Positions 18,101 through 32,877 of a stretch of 64,000 nt of DNA are shown piece by piece. Position numbers and translations under genes: made by a program. The first letter of the stretch is position 1; every line of letters starts with the position of its first letter. A model generated the notes under the pieces. It searched no databases and was not told the origin of the DNA. It worked only from the letters and a program-made list of their open reading frames with translations. Origin of the DNA: Bugula neritina (lineage: Eukaryota > Animalia > Bryozoa); the NCBI GenBank assembly GCA_964035545.1, contig OZ037767.1:25436628-25500627 (forward strand). The letters run 5' to 3'.

Positions 18101-21100
18101 AAACCTACAAATATACCTTCAACAGCAAAGAGTGATGTTTTCTCCGACTAGAAAAAGAATTGACTGTTAGGCATATGCAGGTACTAAGAGAAGCTTTATT
18201 CAAGTTTGCTATGAGAGTTTCTGTTAATAGTTTAGAAGCATCCCTACAGACTGTCTCCCCGTCTTTACTCTGATAGGACAAACTTAATAACCTTGCCACA
18301 GCCTCCTACAATATAAACTTACTAATCGGAAAGTCATACAAACAACAGGATGTACATTTTTTGCATTATGTTTTTTTAGTTGACTATGTTTCAGAAATTT
18401 TGGCAGCCATACTATGTTATGTTGAACACCCACGAGTATGAGTAAAGTTATGAAGATTAACATCCACTGCATAAATAATTATGGCTGACATGGTATTAAA
18501 AGTTAACTTCATAAAATTCACACAAAACAATCATTTACACAAACTCCGAGAGCTCTACCACAAAATGCTATGAATTCTTATCACCATGACTTTGTATTTT
18601 GTTGAGTAGATATTTTTATTTTTAATTTTGGCATAAAATTTAAATGTGGCCAATAATTGACTCATAAATCAAATTAAAAATTTGGTGAGTAACTTTTATT
18701 ATCTGACACAAAATTATTGGAGGCTTGTCAACAAAATTCAATCAATTAGCCAAGTGAATTTCACTGTGTACTGCATACACTATGTACTACACACACTATA
18801 TACTGCATACACTATGTACTGTATATACTATGTACTGCATACACTATGTACTGTATACACTATGTACTGTATATACTATGTACTGCATACACTATGTACT
18901 ACACACACTATATACTGCATACACTATGTACTGTATATACTATGTACTGCACACACTATGTACTGCACACACTATGTACTGCATATACATTTCTAAAAGT
19001 TGCAACCATTTGCCATAAAATTGCTTTGTAAGAGGTATATTATTTTGAATAGGAAAGTGAATGGTAAAGAATATGGAATATTGGTAAAAGTAGTTACAAC
19101 ATATTAAACACATTATAATGAATTCAAATAACCAAGGATAACAAGAGACAACAGGTTACCAATGAATATAGAATTCCATGCCGGGGCAGACAACCCTTAG
19201 TCCTAATTTGGCTGAGGTGACTACGAAGAGCGGGAAGGGAGTAAATCTCCAACTCCCTCTGCACTTCCTCCTTAAAGGGAACTTGTGCCAATACGCATGA
19301 GTAAAATGCATTCTCCCTTTTTACCAAGTTCAGCTATAATATACATGGAACAGTTGTGAATTGGTACAGGCATGGAATGGCCATAACCACATAATACAGC
19401 ATGAGTCCATTCTGGACATATAAATACAGTCTTTACGCAGGACTGTATAACATATTCTTGAGCTTGACTGTAAAATAGAGAAAAAACTGGCAAAAGAAAC
19501 AGCAGGAGCTAAATTGGAAAAATTATAAATATCAAAAAATATCGAAGAACAAATAAATTAGTAAGAATTAAGGAGTTACATGTGTAATGAATTTGATGAA
19601 CTGGAACAAAAGGTGTCATTTATGTAGAAAGTAAACTTTAAACTTTGCTGTACCCAAACCATGGCTAGACATTTCTTACGGAGATGACAAAAATCGTAAG
19701 GTTGTTGCCATAGTTACCAGGAATATAAAAGTATCAAGTCTCAGCTATTTTGTTTGACTGTCTGAAAAATTCACCTTAAAAATTCTAATCTAATTTGTTA
19801 AATATTTTGAAGCAGCTGTTTACTACTGCATATGACAGAAGATGCCACGAAATCATATATTTCCAACAAATGGGTGCAACAAGAATCACAATGATGAGCA
19901 TACATCTACAGACAAAGTTAGCCAGTATAGAGCATCTCAACCTGGGCTGCCTGAGCACGCCCCTGCCTGAGCACACCCCTACCTGAGCTGGACCCGCCCC
20001 TACCTGAGCTGAACCCGTCCCTACCTGAGCTGCAGGTGACAGAAGAGAAACCAATCTATAGAGGACACTTTGCACGGAGCAGACCTGATTATCAGACAGC
20101 TTCAAATGAGTCAGCAAATCCAGCAGTTTACAGCAGTGAGCAAATGGCAGCTTGCCTGGGCTGTACCTGTGACATGCAATATACCATTACTCTATGAGCC
20201 ATTAAACTAATATACAAACCATGTGCCATTAGATCTATAACTGAACAATATAGTAAACTAGTATTAGAGATCAGGGCCATTTGTGATGTCAGGAAAAGCA
20301 TCCGATTATAATTGCTCCTGTGCTTCAATAAAAGCCTTCAAACCATGTTACCAGCAAGGTGATAGGTGCAGTCCTTAGCTCACCTACTGCCTCCCCCCCC
20401 CCCCCTTAGAACCAGGGATTCTCACAGGGGGTTGAGATTTTAAACAGCCACAAGTTTTATAGCAAACTATTACAACATCGCTAGTTGGCACTAAAGATCC
20501 ATTGCTGTTGGTATATAATTTATTAGGTATTCTGGCATTTACATCACCAGACTTCAACACACTACAGTCAGGCACTAATCTTGTCATGTCTATTGTATAT
20601 AATTAAAGGTTGAAAACAACAAATCATGTGTGTTGGAGAAAAGAAAATATACATAACATACGATAGGAGTTGTCATACCTGGCTACAAAATGCCAGCAGT
20701 CTGTAGCCAGAAGGTTGACGTGCACAGCTGGACTCAGAATTAAAGAAAACAACAGCTTCTCCTGAAATAGAATGTGCCAGAAGGATGTACCAGTGTGCGC
20801 TGCACCCCACACACATACACGCATTGGATAGCACCATTTATGGACAAAAAATAAAATAGAGTAAAACTTGAAAAGCTTTGTTTACTGAAGCAAAAAGTTG
20901 AACCTCAGTTTATTCCAATTAGTGTGAAATATTTGACAAATTTGTGGAAGAAATTGGAACAGAATATATTGTATATAAATATACAAGATATTGATACCAG
21001 TAACAGGGCTGTACCATCAATATCTCTCATTAATCTTTACTCTAGTGACAAGTGACAACATTGGCAGAGTGCTCGCCAGCTGCAGCTATCATGCTAAACC

Positions 21101-24100
21101 ATTAAATTTCAATTAACTTGTTTGATAAAACCAAGGAAATAAAAGAGCCTACATATACATATAGGTTTGCAGAAGCTTTAACCAACAGAATCGCACTTTC
21201 TTTTACAATATTCAAGCTTTAATAGTTACCGGTCATGAAATTATACATTATTTTGAGAAAAACCCCTTTAAACATTGTTGACTAGCAACTGGCAGAAATA
21301 TAGAAGCACATGTTGACAATTAACGCCTACCACACGTATGAAATCATCTCCACTTGGCATGGTGACCAGCATAGCAGAGAGCCGGGCCAAGACAAATTCA
21401 TAGCAGGTCTGTACTCTACACAGTAAATAAACACAGTGCACTCATTTTATATATAGACATGTGCATTAAACCGGTAATTGTTTGAACACCTGCATGCAGC
21501 TTGCGCTTAAAAATAAAAAAAATTAATTACTGGACTGAAATATCTTCTCAACAATTAAGAATGACGGACGAGTAGGTGTTCTCCAGTTTAGTATTGATAA
21601 TATTGTATCTAGAAGTAAAAATAAAAATGTTATGGAATTCACAGCGCTGATGGAGTATATGGGTATATTTGATATTGCTAGCAGACAGCAGTAGGGCTTG
21701 AACCCTTTAAACAACAATGTGCAGTGGCCCCTTATTCTTTACAATTGACACCACGCTGAATGGTCGCATAGTGGGCAAGGGCCACTTCACTCTGCTATGT
21801 AATTCGGTAACATTAGTCAGTCACTGGTCTTAGATATGCAGAAAAGTGTTCAAGGTGTTACATCAGATATATTCAATTCCATCTACTTTAGATGTAACAA
21901 GAGCACAGTTTTTATGAGCAGATATGTTTGGTATTCAGCTGTATTTGTGAGTTGCATAACATAAATCTGATAAACTAACCGCTTGTTGAATGTGGTGGGT
22001 CGACACAGCTCGTTTCCACCTGTAAAATCAGTGAACTATAAAAGTCAAAATAATTATATAACAAGAGTCAAGAAACAAACACAACATAAGAGAGATACCA
22101 TTATCCTTATTTTGCTGTTGAACCATCACAAAACTTATGGTTTATTTCTTATGATTAATTTCTTTTTATTTGACATACAAGTTTCAATATTTTAATTTAA
22201 TATTATTACAGCTGAATATTCCTAAATCTCAAAATATAATTAACTTTTTAACAAAGCCTCTAAAAGTAACAACAATTAAAATTTACAACTGAGGTTAGAG
22301 TTCAGGTGGTTTAGAAGTAAGTATTGGCAAATCCAAATAATTTTGAGCCAGCACATTGTATATACAACACGAGCAATTTCGTACTTACACATTGTATAGA
22401 AAGTGAGCAGTTGAGACAGATAAGGCTCCGCCCACCAATGTGCATACACAGTAGCACATTTAGCTAAACACTCTTGCACTGCACAAATTGCATAAAGAAG
22501 AGAAGACAATCTGTGTCCAGAACTTACAGCTGCAAATAAACAAGTTTGAAGTGGCAAATGCAAAGCAATGAAAATCTAATCTGCACTTTCAAATGGAATA
22601 TATTTTCAGCAAAATGTTGCCCACCTTTTAAACAACATTTACACATTATCTCAGGTAGCATACATGTTAACAAAAAAGACGGTAAAACTTTAACATCTTT
22701 AGATGCGGGGAGAAAACTTACATAATTTGAAAACGTATTCATAAAAAAAAGTTCAAAATATTCAATAAAATGTTATATGCTACAGTCTACACCGTATAAT
22801 ATTCATAACGTACTATATTGCACTATAATACATATGAATAACATATTATAATGTATCATAGTACATATGTGTAATATATTAAGCTAATGTTGACACATTT
22901 TTACAAATATTTTCATGTTTAGAAATACTGGCTGATGCTAAAGCTCAGTCATTGAGATCTCACCTCGTTTAATAATTTCACAAGAGAACTGAGCAGAAGG
23001 CAAACAGGAAGTGATAAGAGATTTGAGAGGAAGGTCAAGGTTACTATTAGACTCACTCTGACCATACATCACTTCACAGAGACTACAATTAAATATATAA
23101 TATATTCATATTTGAAGAGTTAATATTATGAATAATAACTAATGTGTGCATTATTATATTAAGTAAGTTATCAAATACACATACTGAAATAACAAACATA
23201 TGTTATTACGTAAATTCATAAATATAAATACAATAAACATAAGCATATATTGTGCAATGCAAGAGTTCAGAAATAAGGACATTAAATATTGCCTTTTTTC
23301 TTATAAACATTAGATATTTTCACACTAGAACAACTTCCAGTTCAAAAATAAATTTATAAAATACCAGTAAAACACTGCATTTACTTTGCCAACTGTCAAG
23401 CAATTACTACTGCGTAAATATAATAATATATAATATATAATACATATAATCAACCAACATAAGAAGCTCAGTACAAAGTTGAGAACAAGGAGTTGTTGTA
23501 CCTTACCTGTCTGACACTCTGCCTATGATTTCAATAACTTGTGACCAGTCTACATGTTTATCAGGAACATCCACTATGAATGTTATAAGTCTACCCAGAA
23601 TCCTTAGCAGGAAACCAATAACCTTACTTTCTGTAGTCACCTAGCAACATATAAATAAACAACTGTATGCATTAAAAGTGAAGAATAAAATAGACAATAT
23701 AATGTTTTAAAAAAGTTCAATAAAATGTTATAAGCTACTCTGCAAACTGATAGATATTTTCCACAGTCTTTTAACTATCATTTGAATGCCAGAGTTCAGC
23801 TTTAACATAGCATAAATATGAGCAAGGGGATATACTTCAATATTTTGTAACTTTTTAAAAAAATTTCACATAAAAAGCACCAGATGACATACAGTAAAGA
23901 TACCAAAATACAAAAAAAGCATTTTAAAACTGAGTCGTGACATTTAGCACTTCATAATGCTTTGAGTAGAAAATATGAAATTATGTGATATCATCTATGA
24001 ATGTTCACCATTTTACCTTATTAAATGCTAGTGCAATTCTATTACCTGAAATGCTGTTTCTGATCCAAGTTTGGTGAGGGTGGACTGACATACCCCCTTA

Positions 24101-26583
24101 ATGACTTTGCTAATTACATTTTCAGTCTGGTAGTACTCTACTTCTTTGGCCAATATTCTTAAAGAAATCAAATAAAGAAAGTAATTAGTTGTTTTGGTTT
24201 TAGAATACAAACAGTTGCATATATGCTGGTGGACTAAAATACTTCATACACAAAAAAATATTATAGAGGGTCATTAATAATAGCCTGTGTCCTTTAAAAA
24301 AAATAAATCCCAATAACCTTTAAAAAACCATTGCATGAAAGTTGGTCTATTACTATCTAAAATGTGAGAAATTAGGCTTTCAAATAAATGACAACGAATT
24401 TCGAAATTCCCAAAAATAAAATGAAATTTTTTTACAACACATCACTTCAACATTAACTGAAATAGATTGATAGCATCAGAAGAAAGTATGATCGTCAACT
24501 AGAAGACATTTAGAGCATACATGAAGTCACCTGCTGACAATGCACTTATATAGTAGCACCATAACCTTTGTGTCAACATCTGCTATGTCAGCAGCTACTT
24601 TGACTAGACAGAGTACGACTTGAGACAGGAGGGGTAAGATGGCCGAGTGACCAGTTGGGGTGTACTTTTCTATTACTTCTATATATTTCTACAATCAAAT
24701 ACAACAGGCAGCTTGTTAATTAATAGATCTGAAGATAGTGGGCAAGATTTGTAAGCATTGGGAATTGTCATCTCATGAAATAGAAGAGTTAGAATTTCTA
24801 TTATCCACCGAAAACCATTATGCATATACTTATAAACTTTATTATCTATAGCTATCATTTTTTTCTTAATGGAGGCAAGTATATATTATATATTTATTAA
24901 ATTTGCATGCATTTTACAATAACAATATGACTTAAAGGCATACGACTGTTTACAGCAAAAATGACTATTTATTGCTATAATTATACTGAAATGTAGAACA
25001 AAGTTAGCACAAATATGTAACAATAGAATATATCATTTTGAAAAAAACCAGTTTTATGGTCATCAGAAAATAAAACAATTACCATTAGATATTTATTTTC
25101 AACTCTAAACAAACATAAACGAGTTATTAATAGCATAACATGTTAATGTATAAGGTTTCAAGTAGATACCTATTTTAGAATGCATAACAAAATAACTCAG
25201 CCGCTTTTCAAATTTTTCCAATTGATGTAATTGTTTGTCTTATAGTTATGTAACAAAAGTTAATGACTTTGGCAATCAGGTTTAGGAAAATTGCACAGTT
25301 TTACAAAATTCAGATCAACTTGAAAATAATCTTCACTTACTAAAATAAATTCTATTATAAGATTCCACACACTTTTGATTTGATTGGCCAGATGCTGAAG
25401 TGACTGGGATATAATGAGAGAGAGCACATGTGACACAGATGCATCTATTAGGTGACATGACAAGAGAAGACAACCTTTAATGTCACTTAGCAAGACAGCA
25501 TCTGCTACAGTGCCTGGATCACAGCTGCCAGAGTTTATTAATATAACAAGGTAGTCCAACAACGATTGTACCAATACACTGAGAGTCTACAAGGAAACAT
25601 AACCATTACTAAATCAAACAATGTAATTTTTATGATATAAATACTGTTGGGTTTGGTAATAACACTTTGATATTTAGTGTTCTACTTTATTATTATGTAA
25701 CCAGGGTACAACAGAAGCAGTAAGAGTAACGGCAGCACAATAACAGACAAGTAGTAGCAGTAATGAAAACAGCCGTGCATGTATCAGTAAATATGACATT
25801 AGTAGTGAGGACAGTAGAGGTGGCAATGGTGGTAGCAGTAAAGATGGTATTAATGGTGGTATTAAACTACAGGAATAACAGAAGTATAGACAAATGAAAT
25901 TGCATGTTGGATATTTTTACCTCCAAACTCGACTCTGAATTGTTCCCAAGATGCTCTTTAAGCTAAAATAAAATTAAGACAGTAGTACAACACAAGTTGT
26001 AAACAGCTGAGGGTAAATGCCTCATAACAGGCAAGGTAGCAGCAAAAAATTTAAACTTTAATAAAAACTCTTCTTGTATGCCATGAAACCAATCTGAATC
26101 CAAAACTTTTCTCCAAATGAAGTCTAAGCGGTGAAAATCAGAAATTTATTTTCACACATAGAATCAATAGCAAATGTCTGTAGCTATAACACGAGATGCT
26201 GCATGTATTTCTACTAAAACACATATTTACCTGCTGAATGAATGTTTCAAAATAGTCTAAAAAGATGGAGTCGACATTCTGCAAACTTGCTTTTGAACAG
26301 AGCTTTAAGGAATTGCTGAACTTGTCTAAATGCAGAGAGCTGCTTACTTGTATGAGGTTCTACAAAAATTAACATGATTATTTTCCTTGAGAGAGAAAAA
26401 GCCTGATAGTGATTTAAAACGAGCTCAAACTAAACTAAACGAAAAAACTAAAAGCAAAAAAGACTTGCAGTAATTTATATAGAGATGCTTTAACGGGTTA
26501 AAAAGGTTGCATCTACTTACAGATAAAATTTTAGTTACTGATTGAGATTTTAATTTATCCACACTCTCCGACTGTGAACTCAT
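15185..26583 (-). CDS. FIRRM: FIGNL1-interacting regulator of recombination and mitosis (C1orf112/FLIP, DUF4487), multi-exon
   Basis: Spliced exons begin MSSQSESVDKLKSQSVTKILS|NLIQVSS...|LKEHLG...|TLSVLVQSLLDY... Motifs resembling human C1orf112 as recalled: LLATDCWHFVARY (human LLAMDAWCFLARY), SVLYRLVSLLSPAAQ (human ILLKRLFFFMAPPHQ), LHALQSFKVFAQTT (human QHTLEAFTQFAEGT). The C-terminus has PPEKKPRME. Some middle exon boundaries are approximate. Confidence 0.85.
17864..17995. repeat. 28-bp tandem repeat (about 4.7 copies) spanning a FIRRM splice acceptor
   Basis: gtagtatctgcag recurs at 17864, 17892, 17920, 17948 and 17976. Confidence 0.95.
18762..18990. repeat. About 16-bp minisatellite (acactatgtactgcat) in a FIRRM intron
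   Basis: Direct reading; source of the spurious YCIHYVL ORFs. Confidence 0.93.
19960..20032. repeat. 21-bp repeat duplicating a FIRRM splice donor
   Basis: cctacctgagctg occurs three times (minus strand CAGCTCAG|GTAGG). Confidence 0.85.
20278..20335 (+). mobile_element. SINE core fragment, copy 4
   Basis: gtgatgtcaggaaaagcatccgattataattgctcctgtgc matches the core of copies 1 and 2. Confidence 0.55.
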
Positions 26584-28461
26584 TATAAGTTGGCTATTCT
26601 GTCTTTCAAATCTTTCGACTAATCATTAGTCTGTAATACCATATAAACATTAATTATAATATAATGCTAACAATACATGACCGAAGTATTAGGCTGAAGA
26701 TGGCTAAGGCCTAAACTAAATAAAGTAATTGCAATCCCATTATACATAAGTGAATAAAGTTAAAACGGATATTAATTTATAGATAAAAAATATTACTTCG
26801 AAGGCCTGTTAGGAAGATTAGACATTGATTAGATTAGAGTAGATTAGTCTACTCTAATTAGTAGATTAGAGTAGATTAGGCTATAAGTATAAGTGTAACC
26901 GGTCTGAGCTTAGAATGTAGACAATCCCAAGCCCAAGGTGCTGATCACTTACAGTTAGTGTTACTATTACTATTAGCCCTTAGGACTTGACTAGCACTAG
27001 CTGGTGAGTAACTTCTATACGATAAATTAAACTTAACACTTAACAATAACAGTGATACTGATACCCATATCATACTCATACAGTTATAGTCATACTGATA
27101 CTGATGGATAAAATTAAAATTAAGTATTTTACTATTTATATTTATTATTTAATTTTATAATCACACTCACTTACTTTGTAATAATAATAAATATAATAAT
27201 TAGTATTGATAATTTAATATTGATTTTTATATTGATGATTAAATGAAAATGGTAGCGTCTAACAACACTATAATTATTGCAATAATTAATAATTATTGGC
27301 TTAATTGTGCCGAAGGGTTAAAATTGATAGATCACACTGAGTTGTGCAAGTGCTGGATTTGGTTTAATAATCCCGCTTGCAAGCTTAGGACATGTTATCG
27401 GATCTCCAATGAGGAATTACGACACTTTACGTTTTGCGAAAACTGACTGCGCTAACATCATAGTCTAAACAACACGCGACTAGGTTATATTTTATGATCA
27501 TTTCATCATAATGATATATTTAACCTACAGTTTACAACTCAAAATTCAGTACATCTTAACTGTAGTGGGTAGTCATAATCATAATGATAATGGATAACTT
27601 TTGAGAATTTGTATTACTATTACTATTAGTAAAACTATTAGCCATTAGGTATTTACCTCTAGCTATATAAATGGTTGCTGCATTCAACAATTCAAATAAT
27701 CATCATGTTCATCATTTTTTATTTTAGCAAAGATAAAACCGGAACTTTACTCTGTAACTAATACTAATAGTAATAGTAATAGTAATACGGAGTAAATGTA
27801 ATACTAATAGTAATACCGATGACTGACTTTGAATAATTATTAATTATAAAAATGAAATGAAAATGTTTATCAATACGACTATGATTATTATTATGATAGT
27901 GATTAGGTTCGAATTTGAGATCGAAGTTTTTTGGGAGTTGGGTAGCACTAGCTGAATGTTATTCCCCAGTGCAAATAAAACGTTGCATCGTGTGACGTGT
28001 AGGCTATCTAAGCAAATCATAAGCCTAAGCCCTAAAGCATATCTTAATCTAGTTTATTAAATTTAAGCCATAAATATTAAATAAGACGTAAAAGCAGTAG
28101 ATGTAATGCACAAACCAATTATTATAATTACGTTCAACTGTACAATTCAGTTATCACCTTGTGATTGTCTTGGTAAACACTGTATTTTTTTTTCAAATAC
28201 AATGTCATGGATAACATAATATTTTGGTAAGACATGAATTAGAAAAAAAATAAATACAATTGCTGATACAGCGTAGCTTTTTAATATACCTGAAGTTGTG
28301 GTAATTTTTCTGCTGGTCAGCTTTACTTTACTTTGTAGCTTATATCTTTGAACAACCTAATGTTAATTATATTTTGAGCTAGAAGAATTTGTGAACTTAT
28401 TAATAGCTAGTTGTGTATTTGGTATTTATTCCATAACGGGAGGCTGCGTTGGATATTCAAG
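26584..28461. promoter_or_regulatory. Probable bidirectional promoter and 5'UTR region between FIRRM and STK40
   Basis: Divergent ATGs lie 1.9 kb apart. An Ets-like ccggaa sits near 27739 and a CRE/E-box-like tgacgtg near 27993. The transcription start sites were not determined. Confidence 0.45.
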
Positions 28462-31400
28462 ATGTCTGTTTCCGGAAAGAAAGCTGGGAAATACACACTG
28501 GGTAAGATGGTAAAGATTCAAATGCTTTCTTTTTAAATTCACAATACATCATATTTTTAATATGATTATATGCATTCGTTTTAGTGTTTGTTTATTTTTG
28601 GACTGTTCATGATGGCATAATATTTGACTTGCTAGTGCTTAACTGATACTCTGTTTGTCCTCAGTATTTATGTACTTGAATGCCTACACCCACCTAATTT
28701 TGGTGTTATCAGTGCTGCTAATACTGACTTAGCCTTAATTTTCATTACAGCAAGCATACCTAAAGTCGGGCCTTCTCCGGTTCCCAGCATTGTCACTTGT
28801 CTGGGAAGACTTTCTGGGTTTTACTCTGAAAAATTTTACACTGTTAAGGTTAGTCATGCTGGGATTATTTTCTCATCTTAGTTACAAGTTACTAGACCTT
28901 CTGTGGAATCAATATAAATTAAGTTTGTTAGTTTTACTTTTATATCATGAGTCTCTGTTACTTTATTAAGATATTAAGCATCAAAGACCCCAATAATGAA
29001 TCACATGATGAACGGCAAGGTAAAATGTTGCTCCACACTGAATACTCATTGTTGTCGTTGCTTGGCAACCAACCCGGAGTTGTTCACTTACATGATTTCT
29101 TTAAGGTAAACTTTTTCTTATTCTAACTTTTTTTGTACCTAATTATATTGAGTAAACTTTACATTATCATAATTATGTTGAGTTGAAAAGGAAATATTAA
29201 CTCTCAACTTACATATTCGGTTGATAGCAAAACAGACAAACAAATTTACTTTACCAAAATAAAATGTGAAGGATAATACATCAGAAATTATATAGCTTTA
29301 GCAATTAGAGTCAGAATTATTATTAATTTATGATGTTGTATAACTCTAATCTCAATGGTATGAAAGCAATGAATGGCTAGATTGGGCTACTTCTTGTTAC
29401 AATAAAACATAATAAATAAAGCATGTTATTAACAGCTAAAAGTTATAACACTTAGGATGAAGCCTACGAGGAGAGTGACAAGTATGGTGAACTCGGGAGG
29501 ATTGAATATACTGGGAAAACTGTTACTAGGTACTGTCTCGTACTGGACTGTCTTATAGCCCATGATTACAGGTATGTAGTAGTATGTAGTCTGAGAATTG
29601 TCACATGTAGTCTTAGAATTGTCGCATATGGTCTGAAAATTGTCACATATAGTCTGAGAATTGTTACATATAGTCTGAAAATTAATACATATAGTCTGAG
29701 AATTGTTACATATAGTCTGAGAATTGTTACATATAGTCTGAGACTTGTTACATATAGTCTGAAAATTATCACATGTAGTCATAGAATTGTTACATATAGG
29801 CTGAGAGTTGTTACATATAGGCTGAGAATTGTGTTCATAATAAAAACAGATTTAATGGCTGACAAATAATGTCTTTTCATGCTTCATTGGTATTTACATT
29901 TGCATCTATAAATATTGTGTGTCCAACTTAAAATAAAAATAGTCAGAGTAAAGAAACTTTAGGGTTGATTGTTTCACAGCTATGAGGTGCTGGTAACTGT
30001 AATTTCCTGATTCCAAATTTATCATGAATAAATAAATATTTTACATTTACAGTAATAAAAACGATTCACTGATTAACCTGCAACATTACGTAATTAAGGA
30101 GAAGAAGCTGAGTGAAAAGGAAACCTTGTTGATATTTCTCAACATTGTCAAGACTGTTGCTGATCTGCACAAGGTATCACATCTATTATTCCCACTCGTT
30201 ACATAAATATCTATATTGAAGTTGTCCCCTTCTTTGAAATGCTTGCTAATGTCTTATCTCTTGCTATTGCACAATCGACACTACCATCTTCAATGCGTTA
30301 TAAAAATGTGTATTTATCTAAGTTCAATTTGTGTGTGTGTGTTGAGTAATACTTGAACCTATTATGTTTATTTACAAACAAACAAGCGTTGTACGTTACA
30401 GTTGAATGTTGTACACCGGGACTTGAAACTTGGCAACATGATACTGAACAAGTCTAACAACACTGTTACTCTAACCAACTTCTGTCTGGGGAAGCACCTC
30501 ATCAGTGATGACGATGTGCTGAAAGATCAGCGAGGTAGTCCCGCCTACATCAGCCCCGAAGTTCTCAGCGGTAAGTCTGTTTAAGATATTTTGGTTCACG
30601 TTTGTGAGAGGGTACTGTGTTTTATTTCAAATGTAAGTCACTCAAATGTTTTACATCTTTTTGATTTATCAATGCTGCAAAGCGCCTTTTCTGATCCAAT
30701 AATTAAGATCATCAAGAAAAGGCAATGAGATATTATGTGTTTTAGGTCAACCATATAAAGGTAAACCAAGTGACATCTGGGCCTTGGGAGTTGTCCTCTA
30801 CACAATGTTATACGGGCAGTTTCCTTTCTATCACCAAGCTCCACAAGAACTGTTCAGGAAAATTAAATCTGTTCAATATGATATACCCAAGTAAGCAATT
30901 AAGAGCTGTTACACAATCTAGCTGCTCAGTATAAGGGATATAGTATGCTGCGTTATGTACTCGTAACTCCTTAATTCAATGTAAAATGAATATATAATCA
31001 ATATTATATAAAGCTTTAAGATTTTCCCTTATCTTATTTTATGTATCAACTTTATAAATGAATGAATTTGTAATTGCTTTAAAATTTTCTTATTTTTAGA
31101 AAGTCAAATTCTTAATGTTTGTATCTATATATATATTTGCAATGCCAGTATGATAATTCATGTCCTGCAAATACTATACTAATGCTATACTGATGTATTA
31201 ATATGATACTAATATCAATAGTATATCAATACAATATTAATATGATACAAATAAAATACTAATACTTGAATTTTCAGAGATGGGAGAGTCTCTAACAAGA
31301 CTAAAGATATTCTGAAGAAGCTGTTGAATCTGAGTCCATCCACGAGATATACTGCAGCTCAACTTCATTGCCTTCTGCAAGACCAGGTCTCTCAGTGGTA

Positions 31401-32877
31401 AGTTTTACCTTCTACTATACTCTATTCACTGTGTGCTCACCTAGTTGCTGTGTACTCACTTAGTCACTGTGTACTCACTTAATCACTGTGTACTAACTTA
31501 GTCACTGTGTACTCAGTTAGTTACTGTGTACTCACTTAATCACTGTGTACTAACTTAGTCACTCTATATTCAGCCAGTCACTATATACTCAGTAATTTTT
31601 AGTTTAGATTTGCTGCAAATAAAAAATGATAGTATGCCTAATCTTATTTCAAACTTATTAATTGTAGCCATCTTGTCAACTAGAGTTTAGGATTTACAAA
31701 TTTTTCTTATGCATGTTCAACCTATGATGACAGATTATGCCAAAACTGTGCAGGTTTGAAGCGAGACCGCCGAATGAAGACCAGGTTGTTCCTGAAAGCA
31801 AGGTGAAAGCAACTCCTCACAATCAGCAAGTTCGCCCTTCTGTCATACAGAAACATGACTCTAAGACTATAAGCGACATCGAGAGAATTCTTCTGAACAT
31901 TGATCGGGAGGAGCATACAGCTGGGATGTCTGAGTCACCACTTGGTAGGCACCTTGTTCATAGTTAATTGAGCCCTCTGACTTGAATTTTCAATATGCTT
32001 TAGTAGAAATATTAGTTTCTTTCACTGCAAAGGTGTGGGCCATGGTACTCTGTTCTGTGCCGATGAGGGGGACAAACCCTGAAATAGTTGCTGTACACAG
32101 GTGGAGTTGAATTTTTTTGGGAGAACAGGGTTTGAAGACACAAGAGAGTACTCATGTAGTGCCCACAATGCTATCAGTACAACATTTAAACTGTAGATCA
32201 AAGAATGCTGCCAAATGTGTTTTAAAACAATTAGTATATTAACTTTTGCAGTTCCTTCACGGGACATGGTAGCGCAGGCAACCCGTGTGAGAAGAAAAGG
32301 TCCTCCAATGAGGAGGTTAAGTGAAGATGCTAGACCTCTATCCAATGCCGAAATGGACATGCATCGTAAACTCTTGCAGACGCACACTTCCGTCTCATCC
32401 AGTGTCTCCGCCCACTCTTCCCATCCTATCAACTCCGCCCACAGACCTAGAAAAACGTTTGAGTCTCAGTTGCTAAGAAGCTTACAGCAAAGGAATACGC
32501 CCTACGCCCACCCAGAAGCAGGAGGTGCATCTAGAATATTGCCAACATCTTCTTTTAGAACAGCTACTAGGGGTGTTCCAATGACCCCCACAATAGATTC
32601 AACAACTATTTCTTTAACTCCATCACATATCTCTAACAACATGGCCAATGATCTCCCGCAATCTTCTTTACTCAATTTGCCTTCTCACACTAGGCGATAT
32701 TATCGCAGGTCTATGTCACAGCCGCTAAATTTAATTGCCCCTGTTGTATCTAGAGGTAGTCCTCACTCCCAAGCTGCCAGAGAAAGACGGCTAATGATCC
32801 AGCAGCTGTCTAATTTAGTCACCCACACCAACAGTAACCAGAGTGGTGATTCTGGCTCTAACCCACCCAATACATGA
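28462..32877 (+). CDS. STK40: Serine/threonine-protein kinase 40 (Tribbles-related pseudokinase)
   Basis: Exons 28462-28501, 28751-28848, 28971-29105, 29456-29571, 30053-30173, about 30402-30570, about 30747-30890, 31278-31397, 31754-31945 and 32252-32877. Motifs: KKAGKYTL...GPSPVPSIVTCL, ERQGKMLLHTEYSLLSLL, HRDLKLGN, TLTNFCLGKHL (NFC in place of DFG), DQRGSPAYISPE, and the COP1-type motif EDQVVPE. Confidence 0.96.
29575..29832. repeat. 21-bp minisatellite (catatagtctgagaattgtta) directly after an STK40 donor
   Basis: About 12 copies, direct reading. Confidence 0.93.
31425..31592. repeat. 19-bp minisatellite (cactgtgtactcacttagt) just after an STK40 donor
   Basis: About 8 copies, direct reading. 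Confidence 0.9.

Noticed and set aside
18682-19031. Tyr/Cys/His-rich ORFs
   Set aside because: Translations of a 16-bp intronic minisatellite.
29429-29782. ORF with TICNNSQ heptad repeats resembling an antifreeze-type protein
   Set aside because: Antisense reading of a 21-bp minisatellite in an STK40 intron; no signal peptide, and it overlaps an STK40 exon.
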